Positions 11,001 to 23,950 of a DNA stretch of 64,000 nucleotides are shown in pieces. Under the pieces are notes generated by a model. It made no database searches. It was not told where the DNA came from and saw only the letters and a list, made by a program, of their open reading frames with translations. A program made the position numbers and the translations under genes. This DNA is from Eledone cirrhosa. Lineage: Eukaryota. The stretch's first letter is position 1; the number at the start of each line of letters is the position of its first letter. The stretch spans positions 159,836,001 through 159,900,000 of the forward strand of contig OZ024742.1 in NCBI GenBank assembly GCA_964016885.1. Direction: 5' to 3'.

Positions 11001-13775
11001 ATTCGAGTGAATGTGGAAATACACATATCGAATTAGAGTGCTCAATAGACATGTTAAAATAAAACAAAAGCCATTCATCACTCAATAGAATCGACAAAAT
11101 ATGAGCAATAAAATTAACTGGTGGATAGCTATGTCCAGAGCTAAATATATTAGAAAGATCGAGTATCGAAAAATCGGCGCACGAGTTAACGAAAAACGAA
11201 ATTCGATATGAGCGGCAGAGGGCTCAATAATTCAGATGAATCAGAGCTATAACTATCGTTAAAATACCGTCACATATAGAACAAGTCTACAATCAACCAT
11301 ACGATTTAAAATCGATAAAGGAAGATTCGGGCCAAACAGATAAAAAATATCAATAAAACAATACGTCAATAATTTAAATGAATGTAAAATCATACCCGGA
11401 CCCACTAGAAAGGTGTTAAATCTAGCTTCATGGGTTTCTGTAAATCCTTAGACAGTACTCTATCAGCTCACATATAAATATAAAAGCCTACTAGAATAAG
11501 TGGAACGGAGTTTACGTTGTCAACGAGTTTTATCCTGGCGGCAAAGGAGTCAACTAGCGGTGAAAAACGCACATGGCATTAGACAAGGGAGATGACCCCT
11601 ATATCCGCGAAAATAATTCGAGTGAATGTGGAAATACACATATCGAATTAGAGTGCTCAATAGACATGTTAAAATAAAACAAAAGCCATTCATCACTCAA
11701 TAGAATCGACAAAATATGAGCAATAAAATTAACTGGTGGATAGCTATGTCCAGAGCTAAATATATTAGAAAGATCGAGTATCGAAAAATCGGCGCACGAG
11801 TTAACGAAAAACGAAATTCGATATGAGCGGCAGAGGGCTCAATAATTCAGATGAATCAGAGCTATAACTATCGTTAAAATACCGTCACATATAGAACAAG
11901 TCTACAATCAACCATACGATTTAAAATCGATAAAGGAAGATTCGGGCCAAACAGATAAAAAATATCAATAAAACAATACGTCAATAATTTAAATGAATGT
12001 AAAATCATACCCGGACCCACTAGAAAGGTGTTAAATCTAGCTTCATGGGTTTCTGTAAATCCTTAGACAGTACTCTATCAGCTCACATATAAATATAAAA
12101 GCCTACTAGAATAAGTGGAACGGAGTTTACGTTGTCAACGAGTTTTATCCTGGCGGCAAAGGAGTCAACTAGCGGTGAAAAACGCACATGGCATTAGACA
12201 AGGGAGATGACCCCTATATCCGCGAAAATAATTCGAGTGAATGTGGAAATACACATATCGAATTAGAGTGCTCAATAGACATGTTAAAATAAAACAAAAG
12301 CCATTCATCACTCAATAGAATCGACAAAATATGAGCAATAAAATTAACTGGTGGATAGCTATGTCCAGAGCTAAATATATTAGAAAGATCGAGTATCGAA
12401 AAATCGGCGCACGAGTTAACGAAAAACGAAATTCGATATGAGCGGCAGAGGGCTCAATAATTCAGATGAATCAGAGCTATAACTATCGTTAAAATACCGT
12501 CACATATAGAACAAGTCTACAATCAACCATACGATTTAAAATCGATAAAGGAAGATTCGGGCCAAACAGATAAAAAATATCAATAAAACAATACGTCAAT
12601 AATTTAAATGAATGTAAAATCATACCCGGACCCACTAGAAAGGTGTTAAATCTAGCTTCATGGGTTTCTGTAAATCCTTAGACAGTACTCTATCAGCTCA
12701 CATATAAATATAAAAGCCTACTAGAATAAGTGGAACGGAGTTTACGTTGTCAACGAGTTTTATCCTGGCGGCAAAGGAGTCAACTAGCGGTGAAAAACGC
12801 ACATGGCATTAGACAAGGGAGATGACCCCTATATCCGCGAAAATAATTCGAGTGAATGTGGAAATACACATATCGAATTAGAGTGCTCAATAGACATGTT
12901 AAAATAAAACAAAAGCCATTCATCACTCAATAGAATCGACAAAATATGAGCAATAAAATTAACTGGTGGATAGCTATGTCCAGAGCTAAATATATTAGAA
13001 AGATCGAGTATCGAAAAATCGGCGCACGAGTTAACGAAAAACGAAATTCGATATGAGCGGCAGAGGGCTCAATAATTCAGATGAATCAGAGCTATAACTA
13101 TCGTTAAAATACCGTCACATATAGAACAAGTCTACAATCAACCATACGATTTAAAATCGATAAAGGAAGATTCGGGCCAAACAGATAAAAAATATCAATA
13201 AAACAATACGTCAATAATTTAAATGAATGTAAAATCATACCCGGACCCACTAGAAAGGTGTTAAATCTAGCTTCATGGGTTTCTGTAAATCCTTAGACAG
13301 TACTCTATCAGCTCACATATAAATATAAAAGCCTACTAGAATAAGTGGAACGGAGTTTACGTTGTCAACGAGTTTTATCCTGGCGGCAAAGGAGTCAACT
13401 AGCGGTGAAAAACGCACATGGCATTAGACAAGGGAGATGACCCCTATATCCGCGAAAATAATTCGAGTGAATGTGGAAATACACATATCGAATTAGAGTG
13501 CTCAATAGACATGTTAAAATAAAACAAAAGCCATTCATCACTCAATAGAATCGACAAAATATGAGCAATAAAATTAACTGGTGGATAGCTATGTCCAGAG
13601 CTAAATATATTAGAAAGATCGAGTATCGAAAAATCGGCGCACGAGTTAACGAAAAACGAAATTCGATATGAGCGGCAGAGGGCTCAATAATTCAGATGAA
13701 TCAGAGCTATAACTATCGTTAAAATACCGTCACATATAGAACAAGTCTACAATCAACCATACGATTTAAAATCGA
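5006..13775 (-). repeat. 615-bp tandem array (14 full units plus 167 bp), non-coding, candidate retrozyme-like element
   Basis: Unit starts at 5006, 5621, 6236, 6851, 7466, 8081, 8696, 9311, 9926, 10541, 11149, 11764, 12379, 12994 and 13609. The only difference I saw is a 7-bp deletion at about 10587. No long ORF. Confidence 0.97.
5239..5330 (-). ncRNA. Non-canonical hammerhead-like motif, one per array unit (also 1029-1120 and 1646-1737 on +)
   Basis: The sense strand reads ATGTGAG-CTGATAGA-GTA(CTGTCTAAGGATT)TAC-A-GAAACCC...CTAGA/TCTAG...GGGTC-CGGGTA-TGAT-TTTACAT. The core has extra nucleotides and stem I is not contiguous with the cleavage site. Confidence 0.35.
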
Positions 13776-13777
13776 TA

Positions 13778-14429
13778 TATACAAATTTTAGTACAGCATT
13801 AACGAAGCTTTAGTTCGCGGCCAAGCTAACGAATGCAAATTCGGTATGTAGCTTTAGCACTCGAATGGGAATAGTACCCCAGAGTAATAACAATACGTTT
13901 AGACAGCTTAGCAAATCAAATATAGCGATCGGCAGTCCAGCCGCATTACCACAGCAACGAAAATGGTTGGACTCAGGAAAATATTTTAGACTGACCTGGA
14001 CATAACGCTGAGACCGAATGCAACATATAATGCATATCGTATAGCATACGATATACATCAAATACAGCACACAACATCCGCGCTAGGTTTCTGCAAATCC
14101 AAGATCGACAAATTCCGCTTGCAGGAGTCTGCAAGTTAATGGTCTTTGACGAGAGAACAATGGATTTACTTCTTCAACAAGTCTTGTGTTCTTTAGCCTC
14201 TGCGGGTATGTTCTAGCAGTAAATTTCGCTATAGACACGTGGTTTTCTCCAAGGGTGAATTCGAAATTTGAGACAAAGGAATAAAATTCCCTTAGACAAA
14301 CCGAATTAAGCACTCAACCAGAAGTTATCAAACAAACATAAACAATTAATCAATCAATAGAATTATCTAATTAAATTAATCAATTAATCGTTAATTCTAG
14401 GAGTTAAAATACAAATTTTAGTACAGCAT
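13778..14429. mobile_element. About 610-bp unidentified insertion flanked by a 21-bp direct repeat
   Basis: ATACAAATTTTAGTACAGCAT at 13778-13798 and 14409-14429. Confidence 0.5.
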
Positions 14430-14767
14430 ATAATGTAGGAGGTGAGTTTTATTGTAGCACACTAAAGCAATGCAACCGTTTTTTCAGTTATTTCTCTGTG
14501 GAGACAGCGTTTCTCAGTTTAAATGTTTATCTCTCTCTCTTTCTCTCTCCTTCCTCCTTCTTATACTCTTCTTCCGTTATCCTTTCCTTCTTTTTTCTTT
14601 TTTCCTTTCTTCCTCTTCCTTACTTTTCTCCCCTTCCTTTCCTTTTTTTTCCAATCTCCTATATCCTTTTAAATTTATTTATCATATGTTCATTAGACAC
14701 TACCTTGCTCATAATTGTGTTTTTTTAAAGCTTTATTGAGATAACCAGAAATAGGATCATGCCTCCC

Positions 14768-14830
14768 TATTTTATCTGATGAGAACGCAAATATCGTCCC
14801 AGGATGATATTTGTTTTTGAAATGCGCATA
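14768..14830 (+). ncRNA. Hammerhead ribozyme with the 3' strand of stem I deleted (family of 26687)
   Basis: TATTTTAT-CTGATGA, stem II (GCAAATATCGTC/GATGATATTTGT), GAAA-TGCGCA-TA, then lacks ATAAAATA. Followed by the same TTTAACCATCTTTT tail and (TA)n. Confidence 0.7.
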
Positions 14831-14863
14831 CATGGAACTTTTTTAACCATCTTTTAATTTCTT

Positions 14864-14909
<46 letters not shown>

Positions 14910-15045
14910 CAAAAAGGATATTTAATTTGTTGGTAATTCAACAAATATAAAGGTTTATAACTGATTCAGAGCACTCAACAAATTTTCTGGAGTAGAAAAT
15001 TCAATGATATTAAATAAATGGAAACTATATTTATAAAACCATATT

Positions 15046-15106
15046 TATTCTATTATATATATTTCAAGGGTACCAAAACTTTGGTACGCTCTCTTCAGAT
15101 ACAATA
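15046..15106 (-). ncRNA. Minimal type I hammerhead (family of 35348)
   Basis: Minus strand: TATTGTAT-CTGAAGA-GAGC-GTACCAAA/TTTGGTAC-CCTT-GAAA-TATATA-TA-ATAGAATA. Confidence 0.65.
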
Positions 15107-15256
15107 CAAAGTTTGTTTTATAAATATTGAGATAACCAGAAATAGGATCTTAACAGTTCAAGTTATTCTTGGATAGTAAAGGAAAGAAGAGAAAGAGAAG
15201 AAAAGTCAGATGTTTCAAATTATTAAGAGTATGCAAATATTATATATTATATATAT

Positions 15257-16153
<897 letters not shown>

Positions 16154-17024
16154 ATATATATACAAGTGGAAGGTTAGTAAAATCGAAGTTATGGCGGTGG
16201 CATAACCAATTTGCACAAAGCACTCAATAAGAATGTATCGATAAATCGATAGGCTACACCTTAGAGTAATTAACATACGTTAGATAGCGTGACAAATTGA
16301 AAACTGCGGCTATGGAGTATAGTCACATAATTCGCCAAAACAACGAAAATACAATCAGGTTTATATATACACACACACTCTTAAGTGTGTGTGTATATAT
16401 ATATACACACACACACTCTTAAGTGTGTGTATTGTTCTGTGTGAGTGACTGTGGGCACTTTAGTCAAAATTCATGTAAGAACTGGAAACTTTCTGTTTCA
16501 CAATAATTCATTGATGAAATTGAAATCGATGTCAATAAAATTGCATTAAATAGTGACCACTGCACATCGATACATATGTATGGTTCTACATTATCTGTTC
16601 AGTAGAAATAAACGTGTATTTCAAAATCGAAAAGATTCAATATTCAATTAGTTGTGAAGAGATCACTATCTGTCTGAGTGGGTGTCGAGTGGGGGGATTC
16701 GTCGGATTCGACAAAGATAGTTTAAATTGTTTTATATATATTTCACTGCCTGCTCGTGAAATTAACCTGCAAGTGGTTGAACATTCCATAGATAATATGC
16801 CCCCTTAATGTAATTCTAGGAGAATTTCCGTATGACACAATATTTGTCAAGGCTGGCCTTTTGAATTATAGATACAAATAATTTTTTTCCAGCTGAGAGG
16901 ACTGAAGCAAAGTGAAATAAAGTCTTGCTACGTTCACAACGTGCTACCCGGTCCGACAATCGAACTCATGACTCATCACCTCATCACTGTATCAGACACT
17001 AATGTTTCTTTAGACGTGTTTTAA

Positions 17025-17849
17025 TAGGAAGTGAATTGGTAGAGTCGTTAGAGTGTCAGATTAAATGCCTCGGTTTATGTTCCAGTTTTCTACGCTCTCA
17101 GTTTAAATCATGTCAAGTCAACTTTGCTTTTCACTCTTTCGGGGTCGTTGAATAAAGTACCCGTCCGTAGGCGGTGGATTTGTGTAATTGTTAAAAAGTT
17201 GGACAAGACACTTTGCGATATTTGATGCAGGTCTGTGCAATGATTTTTAATTCTGCCTCTTTTTGCTAGAAGTTGCTAAACGATAGGGAGGTGGTTCGGG
17301 GACCAAGAGCGTCAGAGGTCTCCACCGTTATGGGTTTGACAAGAAGACAGTTCATTTCATGGGGTTCGTTCCTGCGGGTAATCTACTCTATCACGATATC
17401 ACGATAGGGAGACCAAGAGCGCTTAAACCACTAGAGGTTCAATTATCTAATCTATTTTTTCTTTCTTTTTCACAGTTTTATAGACTACTAGCCTCATTAT
17501 CTTAATACAAGAATAATGACATTATCATATTGAAATAATATAATAACCTAATTATGATATAAAGTGTTATTTTGTTTTTGTTTTTTCGAATTTCTTAAAT
17601 TTTGTCCATAAAGACATGATATTACTGTCCCTCAAATATGCAATATACCATTTCTAGCATTTAGCATTTTTTTTATGACACACCTCCGATGATACATAAT
17701 TGTATGTATTTATGGACCCGTCACTTCTAGTGGAGTTATAATGGTACCGTAGTGACATGACGTGTCTTGGGTATTTTAAACCTGGCAGAGCCCATCCCCT
17801 CTCCAAGTGTAAACACAGCCGAGTTCTTTCAGAGATAGAGAGAGAGAGA

Positions 17850-17917
<68 letters not shown>

Positions 17918-19830
17918 CGTACTCAATACTGAACTAGTACTTCTTTTATCGATCTCAGAAGGATAAAAGGCAAAGTTGACCATGATAGAAATTAAAACCA
18001 GTGAGCACAGAATTTAAAAAAATACCGCAAAACATTCTATCTGACGTTCTACCAACTACTAATTTGCGCCTAGTTTTATAGACTACCAGCCTTATTGTAT
18101 TAATACTTAAATAATGACATCAACATTTTGACATAAAATAACTTAATTATTTAACAAAATGCTTAATTTTGTTCTTAAAGAGATGATATCACTGTCTGAG
18201 GTTTCTGGTCCTCAAATATGCAATATTCCATTTACTTCCCCAGCATTTAGACTTTCATCCTTCCGAGTCGATAGAATAAAGTAGTAGTTAAATACTGGAG
18301 TCGAATTTCCCCTTCTTCCAGATTTGCTAGCCTTGTGTCAATGTTAGAGAGTATTATTACACGTTTCATTCTTTAGATAGGAAATTTATGTTTTTCTTGT
18401 TGATTTTATGTTTTGAACGAATCTGGGAGAACACAGAACACTAGTTATGTACGACGGTTTTGATGGCCCTATTTGTTCAAAATATATACGAGGGGGAGCT
18501 GAAAAGTTCCTGAGTTTAGGTAAAAGAAAATACAGGAGGATCAGTTAATTATGATTTTATTCAACATATTCCCCTCTCAGATTCACACACTTATTGCAGT
18601 GGCTCTTCAGTTTTTCTAAGCCCTGTAAAAAGAACTCGGAAGGTTGAACCTCCAAGCAGGCCTCTGTAGCAGCGATAAAGCCAGGAACTTTTCAGCACCC
18701 TCTCGTAAAACAAATCATGGGAAAAATATAAATTAATCCTTCGAAATTCTAGCCAAAACTTACTAGCCTTAAAATTAAAATAAAAATTACTAACACACCC
18801 GTATCATACACGATTATTTTATGCTCTTTAAGTAGGTCCTGATATTCTAGCGTGTAATAATGATTTCTAATTTTGGCACAAGGCCAGCAATTACTTTTTT
18901 TTTGGGGGGGGGGGGGTCAGTCAAAGTCGATTAAATCAATCCCAGTACTTGACTAGTACTTTATTTTATCGACCGCAGAAGGATGAAAAGTTAAAGTTGA
19001 CCTTGGCGGGATTTGAACTCAGAACGTAGAAAGTCTTAATAAATGCTTCAAAACATTTTGTTCGACACTCTACCGTTAGTGACAATCCACTACCCTTAAA
19101 CGCGTGTAATGATAAAAAAAATGTATCCTTTACTTTATACAGACTCCGGAAGGATAAAGGTCGAGTTAACTTCAGTGGAATTTGAACTAAAACTAGTGAA
19201 TTGCACAACGACGTAGGAGTTCCTTCATTGTCTCAATAAAGGTTATATTGAAATAGTTTCTAGGAAAGTAAAGCAATTAGTCTACTACAAAAGAGCAGCT
19301 TAAATCAATGGTTATCCATTTAGTTATATTGATAAACCGATCGAAAATCAAAAGTCACTTGCTTTAATCAACGGTCGTAATTCAACATGTGTTTACATTA
19401 TTGATATCAATCAGAGCGGGGAAATTGGCAGAGTCGTGAGATCGGCGGATAAATGCTTCGCAGTATTTATCCTAGCTCTTTACGTTCTGAGTTCAAATCT
19501 CGCCGCGGTCAATTTTACTTTTCATCCTTCCAACGGTAATGAAATAAAGTACCAGTACTGGAATCGATTTAATCGACTTTCGTCTCTTATCAAACTGCTA
19601 ACCTTTACCCTAAATTATTTCTATATATGACAAGTTCAGCAATAAAAATGAAAGGGGAAAAGTCGAATGAATCGGCCCCGGTGAGTTATTGGTGCTTTAT
19701 TTTATCGACCCTGTAAGGATGAAAGGCAAAGCTAACCTCGGCGGTATTTGAACTCAGAACATAAAGGGCCGTAATTATATGCCACAAAGCATGTTGTCCC
19801 ACTTTCTACCAACTCTGTGGCTAAATTAGA
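17025..19830. mobile_element. Cluster of degenerate MetaSINE-like tRNA SINE copies
   Basis: The core (CTTTCATCCT...GTCGATAAAATAAAGTACCAG) or its reverse complement appears near 17120, 17945, 18250, 18960, 19140, 19515 and 19700. Confidence 0.7.
18489..18705. mobile_element. Tc1/mariner-type MITE
   Basis: TA-CGAGGGGGAGCTGAAAAGTTCCTG ... CAGGAACTTTTCAGCACCCTCTCG-TA terminal inverted repeats with TA duplication. Confidence 0.85.
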
Positions 19831-20509
19831 AACCATTATTGATATCAGTTACATTCCATTTATGAATCTGTTGAATACAAATAGAGTGATGATCCGAGGA
19901 CAATAGACGTCTACACGGCAACTAATAACATTCTGTTCATTTAGGTCAGGATTTCCAAACTTTCTTTTGGAGTATTGCCACAGTGGGCTAGAGTTTCTAA
20001 CAGCCCCGAGCATCTGTCACCCGTCAGGTCAAACATAAAATACCACCAGAAGTAAACATAGTCTTAAAATAGCCCCAGACATCGGTTAGCCACAAGATCG
20101 GCCTTGGGGTTCCGCCAGAAGCGGACTGGATGGTAAAGCAGACTCGGTAATACATCACCTATCAGATCGGCTCATGGTTCATTTACATATATTAGGCTGC
20201 ACACCGGGGCATTACTCAAATCTCCATAGAAGAAGTCCGCCTTCTTTTTAGCGAATATATTTCATTAACGCCCACTGTAAAATGTTATAAAAATTGATTT
20301 TTAACAATTGTTCAAGCATTTGTTTGAGAATCTATAGAATAACTAAAGGCGGCAGTATAACGAAAAGCTTCCTATTTATATACTTTGTTCCTTCCTTTCC
20401 AATGACCAACCCTACCAGCCCCTTACTTTCCAGTGCTCTTCTGGAATCTTTCAGCAGCCCCAAGGTCGTGAGTAGCACCCACTTTGGAAACTATTTTATG
20501 AGTACTGTC

Positions 20510-20920
20510 TAGAGGTCTTCCGACGTTTTTGTGGTGCAGTTCGGTACAAAACTGGCAGCTGCATCATAACGTCCCGCCTCATTCATTGCATCAGATCCAA
20601 GGTTTCTTGGCAAAGAAGGGCATTTCACTCATTATCCCGGCTCCCTACTCTCCAGACATAAGCTTCTTCTGACTACTGAAAATGAAAAAACCACAGAAAA
20701 TCTCCTGCTTTGAAAATCGAGAGAACATCGTGCGGACTGTAATAGCGAAGCTGAAAGCCATACCAGAAGAATCATTCCAAATGAGCTTTGAAAGTGGAAG
20801 GATTATTGGGTTAAGTGTGTGGATACAAAAGGGGTCTACTTCGAAGGATATTCACAAGTGAACCCTTCCAAGTACATATTTTTTCTAAAGGTCGGATATT
20901 TTTTCGATAGATCTTATATT
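20510..20920 (+). mobile_element. Degenerate mariner transposase 3' relic
   Basis: Frameshifted translation gives WQLHH, FLAKKGI...APYSPDI and W.KCVDTKGVYFEG, followed by a TIR-like end. Confidence 0.7.
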
Positions 20921-21303
20921 CACATTTATAGATCTTATATAGATCTTATATAGATCTTATATTCACATTTTCATTTGCATCAATAATATTTAGTGTAGCA
21001 AACATTAAATATTGGTTTCTGATTTAGGCACAAGAACAACAATTTTTTTAGGGGAGTCGACTTCTAAATCATTTGGGTGTTCCATAAACTACATCCTCGT
21101 TTTGTTTCCCATCTATCTAGATTATATTCTAACCTGTAATCCATGTTGTTGCACCTCATTTCTCCTCCTTCCCCTCCTCTCCCTCCCCTTCTCTCTCTCT
21201 GTGATATTTGAATCTACTATGATTCGGGCTTACCTTATTCCTATATATATGTTTTCGCATGTCAGTTAGATTCAAACTTACAATGATTGGCATTATATAT
21301 ATA

Positions 21304-21364
<61 letters not shown>

Positions 21365-21799
21365 AGTATATGTTGGTTATAATTTGGCCAACATCTTGAT
21401 AACACACACACATTTTAATTTACTTGATTTTTGATTTTTCATTTTTCATTTCTCATTATTCATTTGTTATTTGTTTTCTGTTTTCTTCACTTTATCACCT
21501 TATATTTATATTTAAGTTGATAACACACACACATTTTATTTGATTATCCTATTTCGTTTTATTCTTTTACCATCTTGTTCCTCCTACCACTTTATCCAAC
21601 ATATTTCTGACCTTGAGATTGGTTATAGCACACACACATTTTATCTTATTTTATTTGAATCTTCATTTTTATTTTTCACTTTTCATTTTCATTTTTCATT
21701 TGCCATATTCATTTTTCATTACTTTTTCATTACTTTTTCATTACTTTTTCATTACTTTTTCATTAATTTTTCATTTATTCTCAATTTATTATTTATTTT

Positions 21800-22356
21800 C
21801 TGTGCATGTATGTATATATATATACATACTACTGTGCGTCTGTATACATATATGTATGTACGTGTACATACTTATATTTAAGTAACAGCTGTACTAAGAG
21901 TGGGAAATGAAATTTCGTTTCATTTTTTCCGTTTATCGTTTTCGGTGCACCCGGCCGATTAACCCACTCGATATGCAAATTGGGCTACTCAGCCGTTAAT
22001 ATGCATAAGGTAAGTATATACGTTCAACAATCTGGCAGGATGGTATACGTTGCTGACGATAGCTAATAACCTTGAAACTAGTACAGCGTTCCTTTGTCAG
22101 TGTTGAACAAACGAGCAACGACGGTTGCTGGACACTACGGCTTAATACGGGATGTTTGTTTACAAACACACCGAGCATTATAATAACTGTTCGGTGAATC
22201 CATACGTACATATATATATGTGTGCATGTATGTATATATATATACATACTACTGTGCGTCTGTATACATATATGTATGTATGTGTACATACTTATATTTA
22301 AGTAACAGCCGTACTAAGAGTGGGAAATGAAATTTCGTATCATTTTTTCCGTTTAT
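21800..22356 (+). mobile_element. PLE pseudo-LTR: direct repeats flanking a hammerhead
   Basis: 21800-21935 repeats 22220-22356, ending in (TA)n. Further copies of the tail are at 28817-29028 and about 33465-33500. Confidence 0.7.
22047..22089 (+). ncRNA. Minimal type I hammerhead ribozyme
   Basis: Stem I ACGTTG/CAGCGT; core CTGACGA; weak stem II; GAAA; palindromic stem III ACTAGT; GUA cleavage triplet. Confidence 0.75.
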
Positions 22357-22369
22357 ATATATATATATA

Positions 22370-23870
22370 TTGTTATACTTGGTGAGAGTCATATTTGTGT
22401 AATAATATTGCCAGAATTAATAACAGAACACACTCACTGTTTGGTTGGTTTTCGCTTCTGTGTCTTTTATATCGGTTAGTTTAATTTATTCGGTCCTCAA
22501 TGTTACCATTGACTGACCAACGGTCAAAAATACAGATACAAACACATATATATAGTCTAACAAAGTTCTTTCGTTGCACATCTACAACATCGTCAGTGGT
22601 GTTATTATGTTTCCTCCCGTTGTATTGTATGCCTACGCCATCTTTATTTAGTCTGTTTATTTTTTTGTCTTCTCTGCGCATGCGTTTGCGCATGTGTATA
22701 GTGTTTTGTTTGATGTGTGTTCGTGTTTGAGTGACTGTGTATTGGTTATTGTATTCTATCTTAGTTTACTAGTGTGTGTTTATATGTGTTTGTTGTTATT
22801 GTGCTTGTGTATGTATTTATTTACCCTCTGTACATCTTATGCTATACACGACGTTTCTAGTTTTACAGTTTATCCGGGGGTTTACTTTACATATAATACA
22901 TTTCCTATTAGTACAGTGGGTTTCCTTAAAAGGGTAGGTTTTGCTGATCAGGGATTTTATGGTGGTTCCTGGCTTTTCTACCACCTTAATCTTTAAGTGG
23001 GTCTTTCTCGGGGCCTTTCTACACTGGTTAGCTAATTTCCCTCCAGGGGTAGCGTCCACAAACATGACACTCTGGTATCTCTGGTTGTCGTACCATGAGG
23101 TGGCTTTCCCTATCTTATGTCTAGTCCTATCTAAGCTATTCCATGATTTTCTCCTGTATAATGGGCAAATTCCTTTCATGTCCATTTCTATGAGGGTCTT
23201 ATACTTCTCCGTGGTTCCTTCGTAGACTCTGATTCTGTCTCTTTGGTTGTAGCCAGAGAACTGCATGCGGTTAATAAAGTGTTGGATGTGTCTTTCATTT
23301 CTGTTGGGTCGCACATGCGGGACACGTTCTTCATCACTCGTACCAAGTCTGCGATCAGAATATTAAACTTAGCACTACTGGACATTGCTGAGTTTTTGAG
23401 TATCAGGTATTTAGAGGCCATGGGTTTAGCATAGTGTGAGTGGAGAATTTAGGCTCTCTCGTCTATAGTGTTAATCCAGAGTCTCTCGTCTATAGTGTTA
23501 ATCCAGATAGTCTATTGTTAAGGTGTTTGGAAGGGTAGTCGATAGTTACAGTTATACTCTGGTGTATGGAATTAGCTATCTGCTGGATTCCTTCCATTGT
23601 GCTACGTTCTAAATCAAACTTGTTAGTACTCTCTTATGGGGATGTCCTTATTACTATATTGATGTCGTCTACGTAACGAGAGTACATGATGAGGTCTATG
23701 GAGCTCTCATCAAGGAGATCTTTGAGTCTCCTTTCCCACCATACCATAAAAAGGTTGGCAACGTAACCAGCTATACTGACGCCAATGGCTGCTCCCTCAT
23801 TTTGGGTGTAGATCTTCTCGTTGAATTTGAATATGTGGCCCTTTAGGGTACTTTTGATACTATCCCCCAT
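22370..23870 (-). mobile_element. Penelope-like element relic (Neptune-like RT and linker), degenerate hammerhead at about 22557-22602
   Basis: IYTQNEGAAIG...YSRYVDDINI (23634-23870), CPLYRR, MFVDATPGG, KVVEKPG, a Cys cluster and NVVYSIRC (start of GIY-YIG). The 3' tail is homologous to 51663-51802. The clade name is from memory of motifs. Confidence 0.85.
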
Positions 23871-23886
23871 ATCAAAAACCTCGCAA

Positions 23887-23950
<64 letters not shown>

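Noticed and set aside
5006-13775. CRISPR array or rDNA/snRNA/histone tandem cluster
   Set aside because: There is no repeat-spacer alternation and the context is eukaryotic. I recognise no 5S, snRNA, tRNA or histone sequence in the unit.
13900-13960. Twister-like TAATGCGGC start on the minus strand
   Set aside because: The downstream conserved elements (AAGC, GCAGAG-type P2 partner) are missing; it is only a simple hairpin.
19947-20496. Possible hAT MITE (CAGGATTTCCAAACT ... TTTGGAAAC)
   Set aside because: The terminal repeats are too degenerate and no 8-bp target duplication was found.
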